From the human T2T-CHM13v2.0 reference genome, Homo sapiens, in the NCBI RefSeq assembly GCF_009914755.1, contig NC_060931.1: a stretch of DNA of 64,000 bases; one strand, written 5' to 3'. A program made the position numbers and the translations under genes. Shown here in pieces: positions 34,661 through 49,806 of this stretch. The notes under the pieces were generated by a model that was not told where the DNA came from, ran no database searches, and worked only from the letters and a program-made list of their open reading frames with translations. Numbering within the stretch: the stretch's first letter is position 1; each line of letters opens with the position of its first letter.

Positions 34661-34742
34661 AAGGGAAGGAGGGAGGGGGAGGGAAGGAGGGAGGGGGGAG
34701 GGAGGGAGGGAGGGGGGGGGGGAGAGAGAGAGAGAGAGAGAG
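34661..34742. repeat. 82-nt pure polypurine tract (GGGA)n-G11-(GA)n
   Basis: Direct reading; no pyrimidine on the + strand from 34661 to 34742. Confidence 0.95.
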
Positions 34743-35031
34743 CAACTGAGTATAAATTCTCCATTCAATTCACAAAGAGGGGAAAGCAACAAACCATAGA
34801 ACAGTTCACTTTTGCACCAAGCAATTTATATAATGTTTAGCATTTGCTGAAGTATTGTACTCATACCATTTTTACACTTCCAGATGATGTCTCTAAACAC
34901 TGGATGCCATTTAACTGCGAGGCTCACAATAAATCTATTTCATAATAGCCATTTTTGCGTTATCTACAACCTCTTCTCCCAATCACTCTGGTGAAATCAG
35001 AGGTGACTCCAGCACAACCCTATTCACTTAC

Positions 35032-35100
35032 TTTAATTCCCTGTGATCCATAGCCAGGGGGGCCAGGAGGGCCAGGCAAGCCTTTCTGCCCAGTATCACC
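35032..35100 (-). CDS. COL28A1: COL28A1 exon, 69 bp: [23 protein letters not shown]
   Basis: Gly-X-Y with a G-Y-G imperfection; acceptor cttctaacag|GGT, donor AAA|gtaagt. Confidence 0.93.
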
Positions 35101-36350
35101 CTGTTAGAAGATGGGGAGAATTTGAAGACAAAATGTAAGAAGATCGAAGAAGAAACAACGTTAAGTATTACTACTCTCAGCTGCATTCTTACTTCAGTCT
35201 GACCAGGACTTTCATGCTGCCTATAAGCTACTTCCTATTTTACTTAGAGTGCTTCCCCAATATTTTTAAACCACAGAATTCTATGCAAACAAAACCTTAA
35301 ATATAATCCAAATAAAAATTAAGCAGTAAGCAGAGCCGCTGGGCCTAAGCAGAAATGGAGGCCCAGGGCCTCATCTGCTTGGGCCCCCTTCACTGCCCTA
35401 CCACCAAGCTCAAGAACACCAGGGCTGCCCTGCACCACATATGAAAACCACTGACATGTGGCTCCACATAGCCTTAAGATGTTGCTCCATTTCAATATAA
35501 GGTGTGATTTCACTGGGGTTGCACTTAAAGATCCAGTGGATATCAATGTCCAAATTTTTAGGAAAATGTGTAGATGAAGCTATAAGCAAGTGTAGCATTT
35601 CCCAGTATCTGTTCATAAACTGAGCCCATGTTTCTTTGGAAACACTTCGTGGTGGAATAAGATTGGAAAATAGCATGCGCTTTCCCTTGGAGATCTCCAG
35701 TGCACACTAATATAGTAGACTAATGGCTCTAACAAGTCCCACAGTAAAGAAATTAGTGTAACGTTGCTTATCCCAGAAGTTCCTAAATTAACACTGGATG
35801 GAAGAAGCCTTCAGAAGTGCTGGGTTAATATAAGTTATTGTATAAGTCAGTCTTTTACTTTCCAGTATTAAAAAAGCTTGACTTTTTCTGATTATAAGAG
35901 GAATACCTGCCCATTGCAAAAAAAAAAAATTAAACAGAAATAAAGATGACATGAACAAGAAAAATAGACCCATCTTCCCATCACCCAGTGATAATGACTA
36001 CTAACATCTTGGGGGGATCTTCATCCATTTAAAGTGATCTAGAAGGTTCAAAAATAGCATACCGCCAAAATTGAGTTGAGGGACAAAACAGAGATAAACT
36101 GAGAATCTTGGTAATTCTGGGATGCTCAGTAAAATCTTTGACTCATACAGCCTTTTCCCTCTCCTCTCTGAGAATGGGCTCTAATTCACTTCTGTGCATT
36201 TTCGGCATGAATATACCAATTCAAAATTTGAATTTGTGGTGGGTGGTTCATTGACATCTATTTTCCCTATTGAACATGCTTGCTACTTCTTTACCCTACT
36301 TTCGAACAAATCAAAGAAAGTTGTTGAGCAACTGAATGAACAATTAAAAC

Positions 36351-36547
36351 TAGGTTTCTCAAACTCAGCACTATTAACATTTTGAGCTGAGTCACTCTTT
36401 CTGATGGGAGGCTGTCCTGGGCATTGTAGAATGGTTGGCAGCATCTCTGGACTTGATCTACTACAACCAAAAAATGTCCCTAGACATTGCCACATGTTCT
36501 CTGAAGCCAGGGAAGGGAAACAAAGTCTCCCTCTTTGAGAAACACTG
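36351..36547 (+). mobile_element. MER20 DNA transposon relic
   Basis: tttctcaaactcagcactattaacattttg...ggctgtcctgggcattgtagaatg...acaaccaaaaaatgtccctagacattgcc...ttgagaaacactg. Confidence 0.8.
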
Positions 36548-37058
36548 GATTAAAAGAATAAAAGGATGAATAACCACCAAACTGAAGGAGACATAGAAAG
36601 GAGGGAAACTGGGCCAAAAGAAGTTGCTCTCATCTTCTCCAGGGACAATCAGTCTAGACCCTTGTACTGACACCCTGCCAGAGTAGCTGTGGCACAAAGG
36701 GCACAATGACACATTAGCAGGTGACCTGTTAAAAAAGCCACCTGAGGCACCTCTGCCAAAGTAAAGATGTGCTTCTTGATGACGGCACAGCCTCTAAGAA
36801 ACCCAGAAATGTTCTGAGCACTTTGCAGTTAAAAAGAGGCTGACTTGCTCATTTCTTTTGGGGGAAGTGAATGGCTTTATAAACTCGAATGTTCTATTTT
36901 ACTGAACGTTCACCTGATATGAAAAATAAGACGTTTCATCAGTCACCAAGAAAAAAATAAGTCAACACCAAGACGAACACTTATTATGAAGTTACTGTTC
37001 ACTTGTTTGTCACTGATGATATCTGACCCTCACACAAAGCACTGAGCTGAGGACTCAC

Positions 37059-37127
37059 CTTTGGCCCTTGGGTTCCTACGCCCCGAGGCCCAGAAGGACC
37101 TGGAGGGCCTCTGACCCCAGGCTCTCC
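37059..37127 (-). CDS. COL28A1: COL28A1 exon, 69 bp: [23 protein letters not shown]
   Basis: Gly-X-Y with a G-V-G imperfection; acceptor gtcttttcag|GGA, donor AAG|gtgagt. Confidence 0.93.
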
Positions 37128-38047
37128 CTGAAAAGACACAACAAATAACAAGTTACTAATTTTTTAAAGACTTTATGTTTTTTTCAATATATATATTTTA
37201 ATATCAAAAACTTCTTGAATGTGACTAAGGTATTAATTGAACCCTCTTCTCCTAGATCACTTTTCTATTACCACCTAGGCAATCTTCAAACCAACAGATC
37301 CAGGTCCATTTCAAATTAATCAAGTCAATTAACTTCTTGGCAACATTAACTTTTTTCAGAACCCTCTTCTCTAGAATTTGGAAAAGTAATTACGAGTATT
37401 GTGAATAGAGGATGGAAGAAGAGACAAGAATAAAAAACAACCATTAAGAAATATAATCATATCCTGAACTAGTTGCTTTTATCATTGTATGCAACAAAGA
37501 TTATGCTATTTGAGTTATGATGTTTCTGCCACCTCATTAACTGGAACTGCAGGGTAAACTCTAAAAAGGATTTTCAGCTTCACTAAGGCATGACAGCTTC
37601 ATAGCTGGCAACTATTACCAGAAAATTGGTGGTACCTGATGAGGGTAGGTGACGCCCTGTGGCAAGACCTACTAGAGATGCTAATGATGGGAAGAAGGAG
37701 AGAAATAAAAATTGCTTCATTAGCCACCTTCTGTATTCCCAAGACTATGCCATGTATGTTCATATATGTTATTTGATATAATTTAGTACTCACAATAATC
37801 TTGCATTATAATGATGTCTAGTTTATGTAACTTCTCTGAACCTCGGTAAATTCATCACATATGTAGAAAATAATATCTACATTTCAAAGGGCTCAGAATT
37901 AAGTGAGACAAAGCTTGTAAGTGTTTCTATCATGATTTTTACCACAGAATAGGCACTTGGTATATGTCAGCTCCACTCACCTATTTTATTAAAGTGGAAG
38001 CTAAGGTTTGCCCAAGTCTGCACAGCTATTAAGGTGCAGGGCTAGAA

Positions 38048-38665
38048 GGATGTAGAAAAACAGGAACCCTCATAATTGCTGGTGCAGCCACTTTGGAAAA
38101 CAGTTTGGTGGTTTAAGGTTCAACATAAATTTGCCAAATGATACAGTCATTTCACTCCTACATATACACCCAAAGAAAATAAAAATGTATGTCCACTTAG
38201 AGACTTGCATATGAATGCCCTTAGCAGCATTATACATAATCATCCAAAACTAGAAACAGCCTAAATGCCCATCAACTGGTGAATGGACAAAGTGCTGTAA
38301 ATTCAGCAATAAAAAGGAATAAACTATGAATAAATGCCATAACATGAATGAACCTCAAAAACATTATTACTGATGAAAGAAGCCAGATATATGATTACAT
38401 TTATAAATAATACCCAGAAAAGGTAACTCTATAGAAACAAAAAGTAGATTAGTCACTGCCAGGGGCCAGGGACAGCAACATGGATTAACTATAAATGGTC
38501 GTGAGGGATTTTACTGGGGGGATAAAAATGACCTAAAACTGATTTATGGTGATGGCTGTATAGCTTAGTAGCAAATTTACTTAAAGAACCATTGAATTTT
38601 ATACTTAAAAAGGATGAATTCTAGAATGTGTAAAATATGCCTGAATAAAGTAATAAAGAAAAAAA
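38048..38665 (+). mobile_element. Old L1M (L1MB/ME-like) 3' end
   Basis: gccactttggaaaacagtttgg...tagcagcattat...aaatgcccatcaactggtgaatggac...atgaacctcaaaaacatta. Confidence 0.8.
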
Positions 38666-39522
38666 AGAACCAGGGTCAGGCTTTGAACTACCACCCAAGA
38701 CCTTTAGCCTTAGGTCCTGTTTTGCCCATATCCTGTTACCAGCTAAACAGCTTCCAGCTTCCAACACTGCAAAAACCATAAATTACAAGAAATGTTGAAG
38801 TTGTTCATTCAGAAAAACAGTCCATCTTTTAATTTACTTTCTACTTATAAACTCTAAAATACTTCCAGATAACCCAAGCCCTTAAAAGGACGGGGGCCAC
38901 TTTAAAACTGTACTTTATTACTGACTTAATTCTTTTAATATCTACTTTCATAATTATGTATTTCTATTTTGCTTACAGACCACTTTTATTATACTGTCTC
39001 CATCTGTTCCACTTAGTACTTAGCTGCTTCTAAGGCTACGGGTGCTAATTATCTCTTTAACACCTCTCTCCTACTGACTCCCATCTTTGAGGGTCCCCAA
39101 GTTCCTGCCAGCTGAAAGGATCACTCCAACATCAAGGGCTCCAAGTAGAGAACATGAAAACCCTGTAGTACATACATTTCCATTAGCACTCCTTTCTTGA
39201 GTACCTATGAAGTACTTTCAAAGGGAGAGTGTGTAAGTTCACTGCCTGAAGTTCTCCAACTACACCTGACTGATTCATACACTTTGCTACATCTTAAAAG
39301 GACATGTCTTTTCTCTTCCAAACATTTTGACACTCTCCAACAAAACAAGTCAAGCATAGTTAAGTAAATCTTACCCAAAATCATCGAAAGTTTCATCAAA
39401 AATAATACTCCTCTTTGCTCAGTCACCCCAACCCACCCCAGATTTGGTGGCTTCCTCTCATTCATTTCCGTTCACCTGTGCCCTTCCAAGATGAGGTGAA
39501 AAGGTTAGGAAGGATATGGCCA

Positions 39523-40525
<1,003 letters not shown>

Positions 40526-42299
40526 CAATTTTTAAAAATCCATAAACAATATCCAGCAAAAGTCTCTCCAGTGAACCTGAGATAGTGTTGCTGTAATAGA
40601 CCCCCTTAATAATAATTCATGATTTTAAAGATATTAAAACTGGGCAAAGGGGAGGAGCACACAGGTAGATTCAACATCATTAGAATTTACATCTGTCGTG
40701 TGTATTCTTGGGATGTACCAAATGTTACATAATTTTTTTTTTAACATAGGGATACGGAGAGAAGGCAAGATTTTTTTTTAACAAAGTAGTATGTTTTAAG
40801 AAAAAATTTGACACTGTAGTATTTAATTCATGATTTTTTTTGTGTGAGAATGTTAGCTAAAACCTCCCCTCAACTAGTATTAATTACACTAATACCCACA
40901 CATGGGAAAGCAAGCGGGAAAAGCAGTTAAAATAGGTCCATAGTTTACCTCAGGCCAGCCTTGTCAATGCTCAGTGTTGCTATTCATTCTCTCCTTCACA
41001 GTCTCCCTTATTCACGTCCCCCTAACCCTCAACCTTTGGGAGTATCTGAAGGCCAACTGCAGTAGGACAGCTGACCCTGTAGATACCTTACTGTTCTCTC
41101 TGTCCCGCAGCCTCAGCCAATGAATTTAAGATGTGTTCCATGTCATCTGTGGTCCTTCAGTGTTCACCTAAAACAAACTGTCCATCCTTATCCATATAAT
41201 TGTTGACATATAGCTATGTTTCACATATCTAAATAATCTTTTGTATCTTTCAAACTACGGGAAAATAATGACTTATAGCAATGCTTTTGTGAATCTAATA
41301 GACTTTAAATCAAGTCTTAACGTTCTGCAGATATTAGAATTGGTCTGTAACACGGCATGAGAGTTGTTCCTCAGTGTATATGTACCATACTTTGATAGAT
41401 GGGAACATTAGGCATTTAATGATCTGAGAATCCACAGAAGTAGTGTCTCTCCACTATGGTGGGGTCTTTGAAAATGATCTTTTGTGGTTCCATGGGCCGT
41501 GTGTCCATGTTAGGCCACCACACCTGGTAAATGTGAGCAAGAGAATTGCGGACAGGTCTTGCTTGGCCATTTGACGGCACTGGTTTTGTCATAAGGCAGC
41601 ACCGTAGGTACCTAAGAAGTGCGTTGACCTGTGATATTTTCAGATACACAGTTTATTGTCAGTGGATACAGCAATATTCACAAATAAAGGAATTACAACA
41701 GGTTGTCGCATAGCTGGACATAGCTTCCCACGCAACAGCTGAGGGTTGTTGGAGCCTGCAGAGGGAGCCCTTGTATTAGGAGATAATGAACAGACGTGCG
41801 AGCAAATTCTAGAGTCGCCATTGGTAACAACATCTATCACTTTCCTAAGATGACAGTCTTAGCCTTACCCCTAACCCCTGCACCCACTCTCTCAAAAGAA
41901 GAATAACGGACTGTTTAGATGGCATACCACTTCCTCTTGGCCCGCCAAAGGGATTCTAGATGGGAGATACTACTTTCATTTTCACAGGAAACGGCCAAAT
42001 TCAGGACTGTCTGCAGTATTTGTGCATATGAACTTAACAAATGATTCAGTGAAGACCACCTAGACCATAACCTTGCAGAGTGGATAATTTTAACTCCTTT
42101 AAAAATACACATCATCTTATGATGGTTCTAAAACTCACACATTGAAGCTTTCCCTTTTTAAATGAAAGAAGAAAGAGGAGAGCAAACACATTCATTCATT
42201 TTCTCATTAGTAAATCTTCACTTTGGTTAATATTAAAACTATTATAATAAATAATAAATAAAAATAATACTTATTAAGTTTATTATGCAGCAGGAAGTT

Positions 42300-42450
42300 T
42301 TCATTCATTATCTTACCTGATCTTATCAACATCAACTTATTCCATTTTACAGATAAGGAAACTGAGCTACAGCAGGATACATGACTTGCCAAAAACCAGG
42401 CAGTCTGAAGCAATTCAAACCCAGGTATGACTCCAGAACCCATCTCCCAT
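42300..42450 (-). mobile_element. MIR fragment
   Basis: ccattttacagataaggaaactgag...tgacttgccaaa MIR core. Confidence 0.65.
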
Positions 42451-42869
42451 TTTGATGTGGACTGGGACTAGATGCAAGACGCTAACTTTTCCATAGACTT
42501 TCTTCCAGCTGTCATTTAATGCAAAGACCTCGGCTGTTTGGCTGTGAAACTGTAAAAGTCCTTTCCCTACATCGCCAGTCACACCCTCTCAAGGAGAAGA
42601 ACATCCTGGATTATAAGATTCATCCTGTATTACACAGGTCCCACACGACCTGCACAAGAATCCAGCCCTCTAAGTCTTCCCGTCCCATTTTCCCTCCGTT
42701 GCTAATCCTTGGTTTTGCGGTTTACTCCAATGTGTTAATTGACTTCATTCCAGATCTCCTACCTATACCAGTTCTTAATCTCTCTTCTTATCCATCCTAC
42801 AATGTGTGTGATTTGGCAGCGTGATGCATAAAATGGCTACTACCACTAATTATATTTGAATTTGTTAGG

Positions 42870-43020
42870 ATTCATAAAGATGTTTTACATACATTAGTCT
42901 ATTAATTTATCATAATAAACCTGTGAAGTAGGCATTATTATCCCAAATCACAGATAAGAATGCTAAGCCTCAGGGAGACTAAACGACTTGCTGAGGTCAC
43001 ACAGCTAATAAGTGGCAAGG
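42870..43020 (-). mobile_element. MIR fragment
   Basis: aacctgtgaagtaggcattattatccc...acgacttgctgaggtcacacagctaataagtggca. Confidence 0.7.
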
Positions 43021-46000
43021 TTTCAAGGTGGAGCAGTGACAAGGAAACAACCCATTATACCTTATGAGTTTTCTAAAAATATCAATATAATATTTGAGGA
43101 AATAATCAGCCCATTAGATTATTTTCCTCCCCCTTACTCCCCCACACACTAATGAGGCTTTAATCATACTCTCTCCCTTTGTGCCAGCTAAGTTGCTGCC
43201 ACTCTTTGAGAAGAAGGTGGAAGCAAGATATACTTGTTCCAAAAGTGATTTCATGCTTTTTCTACTTTGGGGACAATAAAAGCAAATTAAATTCACTGTG
43301 AAAGAATCAGCCTCTTAAGGATGTTCCAAGGAATGGTACTCTAAAGATTCTGCTAAATGATGAAACTGAGGAATGACTGGGTTTTAAAATAAGGTAGAAG
43401 TCAAAGTGATGATAGCAGCTGCCTTATGTTTCTTTCTTTCTGGTTTTTAAATAAAATTAAGATATAACTACTCCAACTACCACAAACATAGGCAGAACTC
43501 TGGAATGAATTACATAATTCCACCTATGTCATGTGTTAGGACCTCTAGAATACCTCACTCGTGGTAGCCAGAATGTCAATGGAAGTTTTAGAGGCTTTTT
43601 TCTAAGTATATGCACATATTGGCAATGTGTATTGATTATTGAATGACCGTTGTCATATGACTCAGTCATTTCTCAATGACACCCTTTAATATGAATAGGA
43701 AGATAGTACCAACTGTCAGCATGATCATCATGGGGATGAGAAAATAATTATACAAATGCTAGAAAACAAACTTCTCAAATTGCTACATTTCCTCTCAAGT
43801 ATTTTCTCACCTTTAAATTTCAAATTATTTAAAGTATTTTCAATTACTTGAATCAATTTATCTCCTAAAACTTTAATATTCACCCCAAAACAGCTGTATC
43901 TCATAGTCCCTGACAATTTTAAAACTTCTTATTTTTTCCTTTTCTCAAAATCATCTCATCAAAGATGAGCAAATGATGGCCTTTTGCCAAGAACTTCACT
44001 GGAGAGCAAGAGTCTTTCTTATTTAGCTTGGTTAGAAACCTTGAAAACATAAATATTGATACTGCCCCTTACGACAGTGAGAAGAGCAGGCTGTCTTGTA
44101 CTAAAACTGAATATAATTTTCCACTGGGAGAAAGTTCCTCCAAGTCTGCATGATCAAAAATAACAATATGTTTATGGTGATGTGGGCAATGAATGTTAAG
44201 GGGATTTACCATGTGTCTCCAGGGCTGAAGGAAAAGTACGTACATACTCATAAGAAGAGAAATACAAAGCTAGGAAAACAGCAAGGAGAGATGAAAGCAA
44301 TATTCAAAGTCATGAGGTGGACTACTAGAGTGCAGCTCAGATTTTAGAGATCAGGCATATAACTGCATTGGGGAGTAACCTTGAATAGTCACCTTTTCCT
44401 GGTCTTGGATATGACCCTTTCTGAAACCTCTGGGTCAAACTGCCTAGGGTCTAAACTTTGTATGGCTCTGGCTTTAATTAGTTCTGTTTTGGGCTGATTG
44501 TCCAGGCTGAAGCAATTTTGCAGTCATATTATAGGGAGGTGGCTTTCTTCAAGTCCACTTTGGAATTACATGCCCTTAACTTCATTAAGTCTGTATCCTA
44601 GGCCAGCCCTCCTTGTTGGGCACTGTTCAAAAATGGAGTTCCTTGTCCAGTCTATGTCTGCCAATGGAATTCACACATTCCTAATGCATCTCTGTGTGAA
44701 TCGGTCCTCTGTTCCACCAATGCCTGTTGGTGGAGTGTACATATGTGAGCCATTGCAGAGAACAGAGGGGCAATTCAGATGCTGGGAACATTTTTAGAAT
44801 AATGATACTCAGTGGAATTCCACATAGACTTGCATTTTATGGCTATGGGTCACTTTTGTCAAATAAAGCATGTATTTACAATACTCAAACATTTAAAGTT
44901 ACTGAAAAATATTTAACTCTTTTGGGTTTGGGGTTTATGCTTCTCTTTAATGTTTATATAATTTAAGTTTTGACAATAGAAAAGCTAGGCTGAAAGGGGA
45001 AACAATCCAACTGCACACACAAAAGAGTGCCTAGATAGAAGACGGACAGCATAGGAGATTGAGCATCTGTGGATCAGGGTAAGTCATGCTTTCTGCTCTG
45101 ATTTATTCATCCATTTAGTTTTTCATTCATTCATCCATATCCATAGCCCCTCTCATATACAAAACAAATGTAGTATCAAAAATGTTTCTATTGTAAAGAG
45201 ACAAGTTGCTCAACCTTCTGGTTCTTCATTTCTTCATCTATAAAACAGGGGGACTGTTAAAAATGTCATAATATTCTGGAAATATTTAGGTAATACATAA
45301 TCATGACAATGATAATAGTAATTATACCTGTAATAACAACAACAATCCAACAAGTCTTTTCTGCCAACAGACTTATGCCAACAACTTGATGGTTAAGAGG
45401 TCCTAACCCCAAATCCAGGTTAGATCTCCTCTGTGCAAAGATTAGGCTAAGTTCAACCACTCCAAGGCTTTGGAGCGGGTCATAGCTTTTTCTGTGATGA
45501 TCCAGCTCCCTGAGAGGGCCTGAAAAAAGCTAAGAGACGGGCACGGTAGGCTGTACCTGCCCTTAGTGAACTCAGGAGAGCCACGTCTTATATTCCTTTT
45601 CTATGAGGCCAGAAATAAACTCTTATATCAGAGACATCAGGAAATCAGACCTTATGCTACATGTACCTTACAAAGCTTTGGGGGTGAAAACACAGGAACA
45701 GAGTTATCTGCAGCTCCTCGAAGAGAAATGAGACGTATGGCATGTTTGCCCTCAAACCACAAGAAGTGCCCTTAATATCTAAGGCTCCAGAGAAGAAAAG
45801 CAGGCTGTGATGAGTGGGGCTTGGAGCTTGGCTTCCCCATCAACGAGCCAGGAGATTGGATCCAGGAGTGAGGACACTGGATGAGCACTTCCCACTTAGC
45901 AAGAAACCAAATTATCAGTTCCTCTTCCCAGCATGTTTCAAAGGTGAGTTTAAAATCTATATCTCCTCTCTCCTTCAAAGTTGTAGTTTTTACAAGAATT

Positions 46001-46580
46001 TTAGAAATATCTCAGAAGGTCTTGCCGAATTTGAATTAAATTCAAGGTAATTGTATCCAGAAGGACAATAACCACTGATGTTGCAGGGAATTTTTCCACT
46101 TGGAAAAGAGCCACGGAGAACCACAAGGGTGCTAGATGTCAGCAACTGCTTTTTATATGTTTTGAAACACAGAAGCTTTGAGTTTAATGTCTGTGTCATA
46201 TGCTAAACACATGTGACCTTAACTAAACAGCACCAAAACCCACCATAAATTCATCGTCAACCTTAATGGTTTCCTCATTTCAAAACACATTTGTTTTGTA
46301 AGTTAATGCCTTAAGGCCACAATTTTAAGGCGACTACACAAAGCTTAAATGAAAAACATATCAGGATCCATATGGCTCTACTACCACACACACATATATA
46401 CAGTTTCACTGTCATTTTAACTCAAAAGGGGAGAAATTTTGCACACATTTGGGTCCTGTGCTTCCGCTGCCATGGACAATTTTTGGTATTTTCAGAATTT
46501 CCCGTACTTTACCAAGCAAGAAGGGCAAAGTTAACTGGAATTATCTTCCTTTCTTTGCCAGTTTCTGTCTATGAATCTCC

Positions 46581-46683
46581 CTCTCTCTCTCTCTCTCTCT
46601 CACATACACACACACTCTCTTTCTCTCTGTGCTCTGTGTGTGTGTGTGGGGGGGGGGGATGGTGTGTGTGTATGCGTGTGTGT
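46581..46683. repeat. Compound (CT)n/(CA)n/(TG)n/G-run low-complexity tract
   Basis: Direct reading. Confidence 0.9.
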
Positions 46684-47271
46684 TTCCAGAAGTTTTCTTC
46701 AGAAAAAAAGGCCACATAGAAATTTTGAAGCCCCTGTAAAAAAGGAGAGATGATTTTTAAAGTTACTTAGAAGCTGGTATTTTCTTTTAGACTTTCCTTT
46801 ATTTTCAAGTTTATGATCCAAGTTCCCTTGATTCTAAGACCAGCTCACCCTCCTAACATCTCCTTCCAGGGCTAGAGAAATTCTGAACAACACAATTTCC
46901 ATGGGAAGAGACAAGAAGCAATGGAAGGAAGGAAAAGCAGGTGAGAGGGAGGCGTGCAGACAGGTAGGTCCTACCTAGTACTCTTCTCCCCCGGGCTCTG
47001 CCTGCAGCTGGAAGCAAACCATGGACTGCCGCTTCCACTCAGCCTTCCGCGTGGGCTCACTCAGACAATGGGAGTTTCACTTAAGATACATCTTCTGGCA
47101 GCATATTAGCCATTTCAAAAAAAACAATAGGCAAGATGAAGTTTTGAACCCTTTGTTTCTTACCTTTTTCCCCCTAAAATGTAGACGAAGGCAAATACAG
47201 GGGACTTTTGGAGGAAAATGGCATATGCAATCATTTAGTAAATGTTTTAGTCTGTATCTTAGATAATCTGA

Positions 47272-47608
<337 letters not shown>

Positions 47609-48414
47609 TAAGTGTTCTTTATCTGTGCCTAAGTGCCTGTATTTATTATTATTGCTCAATGTAAAGCAGTAACATAATCGTATAATTTAATATAACATCA
47701 TGTCTAGTTATATAAAAAATTCATAATAATCTACTCTGTGAAAATGTAAATGATCATCTGTTTCCATTGGAATACACATATTCTAGTATATATTTAACAT
47801 ATTTTATTTCATGTTTTATTTTACATAGAAATAAGCTTCTACTTCCCTAAATATTCAATATACAAGTTTTTACCATTGTTTCACTCACAGCGTAAGATAA
47901 TGAGGTTTACCTATTGAATTTCTCTATTTTTTTTAATTTTAGGATTTTGACAGGTGCTATGCCTTAAAGAAAAAAGAATACATCAGTACCCAAATTTGGT
48001 GCAGTTTATTGATACAGTTGAGGCTTATTCAAGGATCTGATGTAGTCCTGAGTCAGACCAAGCCAGATCCTTCATCGAAGCACCTCGGGTTTGTCCTGTC
48101 TGTACAGTGTACACAGCACTTCCAGATACATCCTCATTGGACTCTCATCATTACCCCCAGAAGCAGAATGTGGCAGCTATCAAGATTCCCTTTTAAAGAT
48201 GAAATTTAGTGCCATGGGTCTCCAATCTTTTATTCCACCTGGGAGAGGGCAAAGAGGCACTTCTAAATTTTGTGGCAGGGGCAAAAACCAAGGGGAGAAG
48301 TTGGCATTAAGCACGTACAACATCTTTTCTCTCTAATGACCTGGAAACATTCAAAAAAGTAAGTAGATATATTTCAAAGGAAAAATTCTCCCTTTAGGGT
48401 AATATTGATCATTT

Positions 48415-49450
48415 ATTCATTTTCCATTCATTCAACAAGTTGTAGAGCTCCTACTGAATGGTACACCTAGTTCTGGTGACATGAAGTTAGGAGGGAACAA
48501 AGCAAGAAGCCTGCTCCAGGAAAACCTTCACTCTCATGGAATATGCAGAGAAATAAATGAGGAAGATGATCTCAGAAAGTGATACACGCTACATGGAAAA
48601 CATACAGAGGGGTTGGGGTAGTAATGCTTTCTGTATGGGTGGTCGGGGAGGTGACATTTGAGCTAAGCTTTTAATAATCAGCCATCCTGGCGAGTCCCTG
48701 ATGCAGGAATGAGCTGAAGTAGGGCAGGCCATTTTGGCTGAATGTCGGCAGCCAGGGAGAAATGACAGAAGCTGCAGTCGGGGCATGAAGGATCTTCAAG
48801 GCCATGGGAAGTGTTCAAAGTCTGAAAGAGAAGCCACCAGGGTGTTTCTAGGAAGGAATGGTATATGCTCTGATTTACGGTTTTAAAAGACCACTCTTCC
48901 TGCTAAGTTATAGGAGGACAGAGGTGGAACAGAGGGAAGACCAATGAAGAGGCTATTTTTACAGCCCACGTAAGAGATGACATTGTCTGCCTGGCAGAAG
49001 CAGAAAGAAAAAAAGGAGCCAGAGTTGAGATATATTTTGGCGGTAGCATTGACAGGATTTACCAAAGGACTAGGTGTGGAGGAAGGAGAAGGAAAGGAAG
49101 GAACAAAGGATGATGCTTAATCCTTCTGGCTTGAGCATGGAAGAGCCATTTGCAGGGTTATGGGGCAAAAATCAAGGATCTTATTTTGGATTATTTTAAA
49201 TTAGAGATGTTTGTGAGAAGCCCAAGAGGGGATACATGGTAGGAAATTAGATACATGAGACCAGATTTTAAGGGAGAAAAGATAGGTATTTGGAAGTCAT
49301 CAGTGTGTGGACAGTGGTTAAAGCCATGGGGCTGGACGAGAGTATCTAGGGAAAGAGTATGGCTAGAGGAGAGAGGAGATCTCCGACTTGTACCCTGATC
49401 TTGGTATAAGAAGAGGAAGCAGCAAAGGAATGCGAGTTGCTATCAGAGAA
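48415..49450 (-). mobile_element. L2 fragment
   Basis: cattcattcaacaag...gaggtgacatttgagctaag...ttttaaaagaccactct...tagcattgacaggatttacc. Confidence 0.7.
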
Positions 49451-49647
49451 GGAGGACCCAAACCATAAAGTTAGTCTACATGTTCAGATTAGTTCCCCAG
49501 GAAGTCTATAGATAAGGGCAAATAACTTTATCAATTATTTCAGACACCTCTACTCTTCTAGCTGATAAAAAATTTTATTTTTACCAAAGTCACCTACCTA
49601 TAGGTGCACTCTTAGAAGCTAGTACGTTGCCTACTTTAAAGTCTTAC

Positions 49648-49716
49648 CTTTGCTCCAGTGTCTCCCACTCCACGTAAACCCATCGGCCCAGGGGGTCCTG
49701 GTAATCCACGAGGTCC
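49648..49716 (-). CDS. COL28A1: COL28A1 exon, 69 bp: [23 protein letters not shown]
   Basis: Gly-X-Y with a G-V-G imperfection; acceptor gtcatctcag|GGA, donor AAG|gtaaga; preceded by a 90-bp intron (49717-49806). Confidence 0.93.
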
Positions 49717-49806
49717 CTGAGATGACACAGTAAGGGAGGGAGTGAGCATCCTTGTAGTATGCAACACTCAAAAAGGAGGGAGGGAAGAAAAAAATGTCCC
49801 ACTTAC

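Noticed and set aside
34647-34664. Two strong plus-strand donor-like motifs (CAG|GTGAGG, AAG|GTAAGG) suggesting an antisense exon
   Set aside because: No identifiable acceptor or promoter, and it lies at the edge of a low-complexity purine tract
46962-46976. 15-bp odd palindrome aggtaggtcctacct
   Set aside because: 7-bp arms occur by chance a few times per window of this size
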